Shown: positions 20,244 through 27,265 of the stretch, in pieces
How the letters are laid out: each line of letters opens with the position of its first letter
Numbering within the stretch: position 1 is the stretch's first letter
IMG/VR virus record: IMGVR_UViG_3300032277_000030
Location: 1 to 36,965 of that record
Source: a virus
Taxonomy: Duplodnaviria > Caudoviricetes
Direction: 5' to 3' (one strand)
Length of the DNA: 36,965 nucleotides
Program-made: the position numbers and the translations under genes
Notes under the pieces: model-generated
The model's database searches: none
The model's input: only the letters and a program-made list of their open reading frames with translations
Told to the model about the DNA's origin: nothing

Positions 20244-20445
20244 AATCACTTGATATTAACTAGTAGGGGAATAGGAATGCACTCTGGAACCGAGCTTAAG
20301 AAGGGTTACTTAAGGTTGATTCTCAGCTTTATGCCAGAGTGCGGTAAGTTTACCATAGCAACAAATTATACAGTATGTCTCATAGACTGAGTCGGTACAC
20401 ATCTCACCTGTTATGTTTAAGTCTAAGACCAGGCAGCTATGCTAT
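20048..20445 (-). ncRNA. Candidate structured non-coding RNA cluster
   Basis: Interval without a credible ORF, containing nested stems taatgcaaggt/accttgcatta, gcactctgg/ccagagtgc and catagc/gctatg. G-U pairs favour the minus strand. Confidence 0.45.
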
Positions 20446-20491
20446 TCTACACTATCAGTAGATTTGGCTCACTATATCTTAGAAACTATGG

Positions 20492-21352
20492 TTAAAATAT
20501 ATATCGTATCTTTTGCCAAGGAAGAATACTGTTATGCAATCTTTTAAATGCAGTAACATACTCATTCTTTAGCCAATACTTATATCTTATATTTTTGCCT
20601 CCATAAATAGAGGTCTTTTCTTGTTGATTATGTGGTGTCCATAGTAAATCTTCTCCCATAACGTTGTTTTCTACATTATAATCATGTAATTTTTCATTAT
20701 GTGTAAGAAATATACACTCTGCCATCACATCTTCCTTAATATCATCTCTAATATTGTCATTTACCAAATTAAATAGCTCAGTATATCCTGCTTTTGAGTT
20801 TTTATAGACAACAATTGGTGAATAATTAAGGTGAATATCATAACCAGCATCATAAAATCTATTAACAGCTTGTATTCTGTCAATAATCTTACTAGTGTTT
20901 GGCTCTAGCACACTAGATATTTCTTGTGGCATTAAGCTAAAACGTATTCGTATCTTTTTATCAGCATTATATGTCAATATTTTATCATTAACATATTTTG
21001 TAGCTGCTGTACCCATCAGTCTATCATGATCTCTAAAGAAATCAAAGATATATTCCCAGTCATAGAATCTAGTATGCAATATAAAATCCTCATTGCAACT
21101 AAAATCATAGGTCCAATAGTCATTACTAGTCTGATTAGGTGGTTTAGGCCATAACAAATCATTAGCATGTGCATCAATAGATGTTAATATATCATCAATA
21201 TTCTCTGCTACTGATAATCCATAAGGTACATTACGTCGCATATAGCAATATGTACACTTATATAAACAGCCATAACCAAAGCTAGGAGTAATATAGTCAC
21301 TACTCCTGCCTGACTTTCTTATTTTAAAGGTTTTTCTTTGTATGTATTTCAT
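20492..21352 (-). CDS. splB: Spore photoproduct lyase-like radical SAM enzyme
   Basis: GCLYKCTYCY (CxxxCxxC), DFSCNED (equivalent of the SPL H-donor Cys), ATKY, RIRFSLMP...LEPNTS...RIQA, SPI and a C-terminal RY...IRYIF, all SPL-family features. Confidence 0.85.
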   Translation of the reverse strand: MKYIQRKTFKIRKSGRSSDYITPSFGYGCLYKCTYCYMRRNVPYGLSVAENIDDILTSIDAHANDLLWPKPPNQTSNDYWTYDFSCNEDFILHTRFYDWEYIFDFFRDHDRLMGTAATKYVNDKILTYNADKKIRIRFSLMPQEISSVLEPNTSKIIDRIQAVNRFYDAGYDIHLNYSPIVVYKNSKAGYTELFNLVNDNIRDDIKEDVMAECIFLTHNEKLHDYNVENNVMGEDLLWTPHNQQEKTSIYGGKNIRYKYWLKNEYVTAFKRLHNSILPWQKIRYIF

Positions 21353-21409
21353 AGCAATCCTTTATATAAATTTTGGGTAGTTTAACCCCTACCCCGGGCG
21401 AGACAATAG

Positions 21410-21793
21410 TTATACTATTGATTCCTGTAGCCTGTATACACTAAGTATATTTTCAAGCTTAGTACAAAGAGCATCTTCAAATTCTACTCCAGTATGAGTT
21501 GATCCTATGTTTTCTTTAACATAGCTATTCAACACTGTGTATAGGACTGATAACTCTTCTTTATCAAGGCTAACATCAACAGTTAGTTCTGTGCCACCAG
21601 TTTTATCATTGTTTACAAACGCAACGATATCACCTTCTTGTAATTGATATGAATTGTTTACATTCACACCACCTACAGCTGCAGAAGCATTGGATGATAT
21701 ACCCATTTCTTCACGCAGTTCACACATAGTTTCAGATCGTGTTTCTTGTGTTACGAATCCACCACCTGATAGTACTTTGATTGTTCTAGACAT
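21410..21793 (-). CDS. Ubiquitin-like (beta-grasp, ThiS/MoaD/SAMP-like) protein with internal Gly-Gly and a 60-aa C-terminal extension
   Basis: True start MSRTIKV after TAAGGAG. T..EL...V.G......YQLQEGDIVAF...KTGG (aa 64-67) is the standard beta-grasp C-terminal pattern. Confidence 0.8.
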   Translation of the reverse strand: MSRTIKVLSGGGFVTQETRSETMCELREEMGISSNASAAVGGVNVNNSYQLQEGDIVAFVNNDKTGGTELTVDVSLDKEELSVLYTVLNSYVKENIGSTHTGVEFEDALCTKLENILSVYRLQESIV

Positions 21794-22052
21794 TTTCTGT
21801 CTCCTTATTTGTTGAGGAATCACCCTCATTATTGTTAACAACGTCACCAGCTACATTTCGAATTGAAAACTGGCCTCTTACTTTAGCTTCATCAGCTTCA
21901 CCGGTATGGTTGACTATAGCATCCACATATCCAGTAATATAAGTTTTTGCTGCATCTTCGTATAAAAATGGTCTCAATGGAAAGTCATCTAGTTTACCAT
22001 CTTTATCTTTTACAGACATGTATACTACATGATGATACTCATTTAACTCCAT
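21786..22052 (-). CDS. Hypothetical protein (88 aa)
   Basis: Overlapping chain of minus-strand ORFs. Confidence 0.7.
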   Translation of the reverse strand: MELNEYHHVVYMSVKDKDGKLDDFPLRPFLYEDAAKTYITGYVDAIVNHTGEADEAKVRGQFSIRNVAGDVVNNNEGDSSTNKETENV

Positions 22053-22269
22053 TTTTGCTTACCCTTGCTTTATGTATTAATGTATCTCTTTTACTTTGAA
22101 GCTCTTTTAGTCTCCTAAGAGTAGCATCTAATAATCTATCGGTAACAACTGTATTAAATTTAGTCTTATTACCAATACCTATTTTATAAAAGCGTGATAA
22201 TTGTTGCTTGTAGAAATATATAATATCACTTATAGTAGTCCTACTTCGGCTTTTTGCTTCATCTTTCAT
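22039..22269 (-). CDS. Basic hypothetical protein (76 aa)
   Basis: AAGGAG RBS. Confidence 0.7.
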   Translation of the reverse strand: MKDEAKSRSRTTISDIIYFYKQQLSRFYKIGIGNKTKFNTVVTDRLLDATLRRLKELQSKRDTLIHKARVSKNGVK

Positions 22270-22300
22270 CGTGTCTCCTTTAAATTAAATTTATTTAGCA

Positions 22301-23041
22301 TTATACTGCTTCCTCATATTTGTTTACAGTTCCACAAAATATATCATCTTGATGTATGATTGCAATTTCTTCAGTAGTTATTTCATATTGATGTTTAGGG
22401 TCTATTCTTTCGGTAGTAAAATAATTAGGAATAATTTCACCATCTTTATCAGATTTAACATATTTTTGAAACAATTCACAAAGACTATCAACAGTGCATT
22501 TATATGGATTTGGATCATCATTCATATGCATATATGATATTTCATTTAAAGCATTATACATTGAAGTGATATCTTTAATTGATATCATAATACCAGTATG
22601 TTCTTTTTTAATGATATATTGTTTGACAATTGGCTGTATTACATCAGGTTCAGAAGCATCATTAATGGTCAGTGTTTTTTTAGTTGGTATACTAAACTCT
22701 GGTTCTTGATCTTGATACTCCATATCTCTTTTTGGACCTATTGCCTGAGAGCCTTTTTTAGCCTCTCTCATGATTGGAGTATAGGCCTTTAATAATACAT
22801 CCCCATTAGTAGACTTACATTCTTTATAAGCTTGTACTATTCTTCTTACTGTAGTATCACTCATCCCTAATAATGTAGCAATATGCTTATATTTATGAGT
22901 TCCTTCATTTAAGCCATTATTCCTATTTACTATAAATTCATTATAAGCTTTAACTACTTCTTCACATACTTTAGTTGTAACGTTTATTTTGGTTGGCGGC
23001 GCTGCAGTAGCTCTGCTTTTACGTTTTTTTCTCTTACTCAT
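22301..23041 (-). CDS. HTH-containing regulatory protein
   Basis: YKHIATLLGMSDTTVRRIV HTH, basic N-terminus, AAGGAG RBS. Confidence 0.7.
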   Translation of the reverse strand: MSKRKKRKSRATAAPPTKINVTTKVCEEVVKAYNEFIVNRNNGLNEGTHKYKHIATLLGMSDTTVRRIVQAYKECKSTNGDVLLKAYTPIMREAKKGSQAIGPKRDMEYQDQEPEFSIPTKKTLTINDASEPDVIQPIVKQYIIKKEHTGIMISIKDITSMYNALNEISYMHMNDDPNPYKCTVDSLCELFQKYVKSDKDGEIIPNYFTTERIDPKHQYEITTEEIAIIHQDDIFCGTVNKYEEAV

Positions 23042-23084
23042 TATCTCTCCTTGTTATTAAAGGGGTAGTTTCCCACCCCTAATA

Positions 23085-23159
23085 TTAATCTGTAAATGCA
23101 TAAGTAATAAACAAACATACAAGTGCAATCCAGAATGCAAATAGTAGCCATGCTACCAT
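23085..23159 (-). CDS. 24-aa hydrophobic peptide (not in the ORF track)
   Basis: MVAWLLFAFWIALVCLFITYAFTD; overlaps the stop of the upstream peptide. Confidence 0.4.
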   Translation of the reverse strand: MVAWLLFAFWIALVCLFITYAFTD

Positions 23160-23260
23160 AATATGATACTCTTTACTAGATATACAATACCAAGCCACAT
23201 TCCTATGTTTAATGATATTAGTAATCCAAGCTCTAAGTAGTCCTTGATTGGTCTGAACAT
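23153..23260 (-). CDS. 35-aa single-TM membrane peptide (not in the ORF track)
   Basis: MFRPIKDYLELGLLISLNIGMWLGIVYLVKSIILW; AAGGAG RBS. Confidence 0.55.
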   Translation of the reverse strand: MFRPIKDYLELGLLISLNIGMWLGIVYLVKSIILW

Positions 23261-23403
23261 CGGTTCATCTCCTTTATTAGTGGTATTAGTGAGTCTATAA
23301 AGTCAGTATGTTTTGACTCATATAGTATTAAATCTTTATCACAACAGCGTCTCTCTGTTATATGTCCACAATCAGGGCATAAAGCTATGTTAGTGTATTT
23401 CAT
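23233..23403 (-). CDS. Small Zn-ribbon protein
   Basis: Start MKYTN after AAGGAG; CPDC...RCC. Confidence 0.65.
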   Translation of the reverse strand: MKYTNIALCPDCGHITERRCCDKDLILYESKHTDFIDSLIPLIKEMNRCSDQSRTT

Positions 23404-23765
23404 TGTGTCTCCTTTGTTGTTTAATAGTATCCCAGTGTGTAACCGCCTGCATAGCATATATTGGCTAGATTATGCATCTAGTTACTATATGTGCGCGTCT
23501 ATCAGGTTCTCTTTATCTTATGTTTCTTGTCCACTGGGAATAATAGAAAAGCATGTCCTAATCTCCCCCTCTCAGACCTTTGGGTTGTAAAGATGTACAA
23601 GGTATAAGGGCGCGACCCCTATTTCGATCACTGCTTTTTTCAGCTTAACATTGGGATAATCACCACATTGCTGTTGAGTTCACTTATTCGGTACCTTTGT
23701 CAGACATGCTACGATATCCCTGCAAATGGTCTTGCCATCAATGGTCTTGGGATATACTTTTATTG

Positions 23766-23837
23766 TTGCGGGAGAGGGATTCGAACCCCCAATCTCTTGG
23801 TTATGAGCCAAGTGAGTTGCCATTTCTCCATCCCGCT
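23766..23837 (-). tRNA. tRNA-Met(CAT), initiator-like
   Basis: AGCGGGA-TG-GAGAAATGGCAACTC-A-CTTGG-CTCATAA-CCAAG-AGATT-GGGGG-TTCGAAT-CCCTC-TCCCGCA-A. Unpaired 1:72 and A11:U24. CCA is not encoded. Confidence 0.93.
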
Positions 23838-24128
23838 ATATAATTTGGGAGATAACGCTCCCCCAATGCGTAAGATTTTATACTCCATCTTAGTTATGCT
23901 TTAATATGACTGCGAACAGACTAATCAGGATCGTCCCTTTCATCTGTTCTATCTCACAATGTGGCCTGATTAAAGTATCAGGTACTATCAGTCATGACTA
24001 TTAATTATTGTGGCAGTTTATACCGGTGCCAGGTCTATCCCAGGTTATCCCCAAGTAGACTGCCCTCGCTCACATTACCACAGGAGCTGCGTTAGGATCC
24101 TTTGTCTAAGTTACCACACTCAGAAAGG

Positions 24129-24290
24129 TTAGATCTTATCCTTTGGTTTCTGTTCCCATATTAACATTGATACACCAACACATAATAACCAATAGAATAG
24201 AATACTTCCATGATATCCTACCATTTGATAGTGCATATAACATTGCAAAGTTGTTACCAATAATACAGTTACTGCAAAGATTCTTAACAT
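24129..24290 (-). CDS. Small two-TM membrane protein
   Basis: MLRIFAVTVLLV...ILFYWLLCVGVSMLIW; GAGG RBS. Confidence 0.55.
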   Translation of the reverse strand: MLRIFAVTVLLVTTLQCYMHYQMVGYHGSILFYWLLCVGVSMLIWEQKPKDKI

Positions 24291-24414
24291 TACATTCCTC
24301 TCATAGTTTGGTATAAGTCCATTTATATACTCACACACATACACATGTAGGGGCAGCATAGTTACACCACCCTTACATATACACGATCACACCACTTCAA
24401 GTTAAAGCTAAGAG

Positions 24415-24693
24415 TTATTTCTTAGCTTGGGATTTAAGGAACTGTTCATCATCATCATTATCATCAAACATGCCTAGTATCATGGACTCAACTTCTGTCG
24501 CATGTAACTGATTAGCAAGCTCAAGGAATGATCTCATTTGCTGGGTGTATTGTCTACGTGCATCCGACACTGTTGAAGTACGTTGACCAAATACATATTG
24601 CGCTTTCGTAGGTCTAGTTGAAATAGCATTCATGTACTTAGATATAGCACCTTCTACCTTAGACTTCAGTCTTTCTATTAGTATATTACTCAT
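24415..24693 (-). CDS. First gene of the minus-strand module, hypothetical (92 aa)
   Basis: AGGAGG RBS. Confidence 0.75.
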   Translation of the reverse strand: MSNILIERLKSKVEGAISKYMNAISTRPTKAQYVFGQRTSTVSDARRQYTQQMRSFLELANQLHATEVESMILGMFDDNDDDEQFLKSQAKK

Positions 24694-24905
24694 GGGCTGT
24701 GCCCTCCTATTATTGTTATTAAATTAAAACTAACTATAAAATATATATATATAAAATCATTTATAACGTAATTCGCTTTGCGAAAACCCCACGCTAGTGG
24801 GGTACCTATATATATAAGACCACACATAGAAATTCTACAATTTTTGAAACCTCTTTGAAAGTTAACGAAAAGGTATTAGATTACCGTCAATAAAAGGGGG
24901 CCTTT
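24694..24905. promoter_or_regulatory. Divergent control region with (TA)n tracts, two perfect hairpins and a sigma70-like promoter
   Basis: Strand switch; TTCGC-TTT-GCGAA; ACCCCAC-GCTA-GTGGGGT; TTGAAA-N16-TAGATT at 24855-24882. Confidence 0.55.
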
Positions 24906-25112
24906 ATGACATGGGCGGATTTAATTATAATTTTGGTGGCTGTGAGTCTAATTACGGTCATGAAGCATTTGGACACTATGCCTGGTTACAGCTGCCCTCA
25001 ATATTGCGCGACAGATCACGAACATTTCCCTTTGGATTTGCAATCCGATCCAAAAGAAAACCTAGACGAAAATGTTAAGTCCAATAAAATCAAAGAGTTA
25101 GCATCTAAATAA
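24906..25112 (+). CDS. Small membrane-anchored protein
   Basis: N-terminal TM helix, CxxxC-xx-DHxH, AAGGGGG RBS. Confidence 0.6.
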   Translation: MTWADLIIILVAVSLITVMKHLDTMPGYSCPQYCATDHEHFPLDLQSDPKENLDENVKSNKIKELASK

Positions 25113-25117
25113 AACTA

Positions 25118-25146
25118 TTGCATATTTAATATAGACTTAGTAATAT
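25118..25146 (+). promoter_or_regulatory. Putative sigma70-type promoter
   Basis: TTGCAT-N17-TAATAT upstream of an AAGGAGGT RBS. Confidence 0.45.
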
Positions 25147-25180
25147 AGTGGGTATTCAATCTAACTTAAAGGAGGTGTTT

Positions 25181-25369
25181 ATGGCTGCTGTAAAGAAGTA
25201 TATCTTAACAATAGAATATAACACTGAGACTGAGGAGATAGAATATATTCAAGAGGAGATTGTAGATGATGAAGAAGTCTTTGAGTATAATGATATTGTA
25301 CTTAATGACTACTTTGATGAAGAGGCTCTAGAGCTAATCTCTGAAGCATATATAATAGGAATTTCATAA
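25181..25369 (+). CDS. Small very acidic protein
   Basis: AAGGAGGT RBS before MAAVKK; Glu/Asp-rich. Confidence 0.7.
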   Translation: MAAVKKYILTIEYNTETEEIEYIQEEIVDDEEVFEYNDIVLNDYFDEEALELISEAYIIGIS

Positions 25370-25439
25370 TTCTTTCTTAACGCAAACAAGCGTTTGCTAA
25401 AAGAATTGTGTAGGGCGTGGTTTAAAAAAAGGATACAAC

Positions 25440-25586
25440 ATGGATCAATATGAAGTAGACAATGCCATAGCATCCTTGAGTAAGGCGATAGATGATCTTG
25501 CTTATAGGTTATATACGTTAGAAGATAGTATGGCACAACTTAATGCATATGTAGAAGAAGAAAAAGGAGAGCACATAGATGGCTAG
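25440..25586 (+). CDS. 48-aa coiled-coil protein (not in the ORF track)
   Basis: MDQYEVDNAIASLSKAIDDLAYRLYTLEDSMAQLNAYVEEEKGEHIDG; AAGGA RBS. Confidence 0.6.
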   Translation: MDQYEVDNAIASLSKAIDDLAYRLYTLEDSMAQLNAYVEEEKGEHIDG

Positions 25587-25782
25587 ACACGCATCGCTAG
25601 ACCCACATTCACTTAATCAAAAGATAGAGAATGTAAAAAATCAAATAACAGCTGAATTAGATGAGTTAGAATCAAGATTTGAAGATCTATATAATATGAT
25701 GCATGAGATGAAAGAAGGCGCAAAGACTAAGACAGTTAAGACTACTAAGAAGAAGAAAAAGGTGGCGGTTGAAAAAGTATAA
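25579..25782 (+). CDS. Coiled-coil protein with Lys-rich tail
   Basis: AAGGAG RBS; heptads followed by KTTKKKKK. Confidence 0.7.
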   Translation: MARHASLDPHSLNQKIENVKNQITAELDELESRFEDLYNMMHEMKEGAKTKTVKTTKKKKKVAVEKV

Positions 25783-26497
25783 GGTCAATGGGGGTTGGCA
25801 CAACGTATACGAGCCAGAAGATGAGCTTCCAGAAGATATAGAGATTGCAACTAACTGGAGAGATGCTCAGGTAGGAGACTGGGTTCGTGCAGATGACGAT
25901 AACGTCATACAAGTCCTGAGGAGAGGGAGTATGCTGAGAGCTAAAGGAAAGCATAAAGAATCTGCCTATATAGGAACATGCACAGGTACTTTCCCCGCTA
26001 CCTCTTCTTCTAAGATGGATACATCTAGAAGGCAGAACATATATAGCTTTGGCGGCAAGTCAGAGGCAGAAAGTGTTTTAACGAGAGATAATATTACAAA
26101 AAATGAAATAGTATTCGTACAGTATATAACAGCTGGCATGAATCCTAAAGACGCATATCTTAAAGCATTCAACACTAAGAACCCAGGATATGCTAATATT
26201 AAAGCAGGACAATTATTAAAGACTGAGAGGATTAATACTCATATGAAAAAAGAATTAGAACCCGTAATGGAAGCCTTGGGTTTAGATGAAAGTTTCGTAC
26301 TTAAGAATATCAAGGAGGTTATTCTCTCTTCCGACAAGGATGATACTAGACTCAAGGCCCTATTTAAACTATCAGATATTATGGATATGGAAGATAAACA
26401 AAAGACTAGCGTTACACAGATCTCTGGAGCAGTATTTCAGGGATTTTCTGATAATGTATTAGAAGAAGTTAAAAGGCCAGAGGAATTAGGTGAGTAA
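25769..26497 (+). CDS. terS: Terminase small subunit with an extra N-terminal domain
   Basis: FVQYI..GMN..DAY.KAF...A..LLK..RI HTH and RLKAL.KL helix; upstream of TerL. Confidence 0.7.
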   Translation: MKKYKVNGGWHNVYEPEDELPEDIEIATNWRDAQVGDWVRADDDNVIQVLRRGSMLRAKGKHKESAYIGTCTGTFPATSSSKMDTSRRQNIYSFGGKSEAESVLTRDNITKNEIVFVQYITAGMNPKDAYLKAFNTKNPGYANIKAGQLLKTERINTHMKKELEPVMEALGLDESFVLKNIKEVILSSDKDDTRLKALFKLSDIMDMEDKQKTSVTQISGAVFQGFSDNVLEEVKRPEELGE

Positions 26498-27265
26498 GTG
26501 GTAGACTATATAAAATCATTATTTGAGTCTTTAAATGAAGTAGACACTATAGCATTAGGTGAACAAGTTAATCCTAGGATAGGATCTATTGCATCTGCAC
26601 ATGAATTTATGGATGATAATTGGTTAGCATTTGGTAGAAATCAAAGTACAGCTAGCAAGAAGCGAACTAATGAGTTATTAAAGATGATGGATGAAACTGA
26701 CTGGCCATACATACAACAGCATGATAATCCTATAAGGGCAAGCTATGTTCGTAGCGAAAACTATCCTCTTGAACCAGATACATTAAATGTGCAAAGAGGT
26801 GATGAAAGCGATATTTTAGCGGAATTAGCACATGGCTACCAATATGCCTTTCAGTCTGATGCAGTAAGAGATAGCTTAGGGTCTAGCTCTGGCTTTCAAA
26901 AAGCTTTATATGGAGAAGGAACTTATGGGGGGAGAGATTTTTTAGCAGATGAGAATGATAGGTTCTCTGGATTTGAGTATTATTATCCTTCTATAGGTGA
27001 ATTTTCAGACACTGGAGAGAGCTTTCAGAAACTAACATCATATGATACGCATCCAGGTTCTGAATATGTTCTTGACTCAGACAATCTAGAAGAGTCTCTT
27101 ATGCTAGTAAAAAAAGCTCCATGGAGAAAAGCAGGGGACCCATTAACTACAGAGTTTGAAGCTCATAGTATACTTGAACCATGGCTTTATAATAGGTTTC
27201 ATGACGGAGGGGGAGATAGAGCCAAGTATCATGAAATACTTTCAGGCGATATACACGATCATTAA
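26498..27265 (+). CDS. Hypothetical protein inserted between TerS and TerL, with a zincin-like AELAH motif
   Basis: 255 aa; ILAELAHGYQ...EFEAH; coupled to both neighbours. Confidence 0.55.
   Translation: MVDYIKSLFESLNEVDTIALGEQVNPRIGSIASAHEFMDDNWLAFGRNQSTASKKRTNELLKMMDETDWPYIQQHDNPIRASYVRSENYPLEPDTLNVQRGDESDILAELAHGYQYAFQSDAVRDSLGSSSGFQKALYGEGTYGGRDFLADENDRFSGFEYYYPSIGEFSDTGESFQKLTSYDTHPGSEYVLDSDNLEESLMLVKKAPWRKAGDPLTTEFEAHSILEPWLYNRFHDGGGDRAKYHEILSGDIHDH

Noticed and set aside
23650-23765. tRNA-associated theta/HDV-like ribozyme
   Set aside because: I could not build the nested double pseudoknot or find the conserved core next to the tRNA 3' end.
23668-23904. 78-aa plus-strand ORF
   Set aside because: It is antisense to the tRNA gene and has a TTG start without an RBS.
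11326-24693. Prophage or integrative element
   Set aside because: No integrase, att site or host genes are visible in the window.
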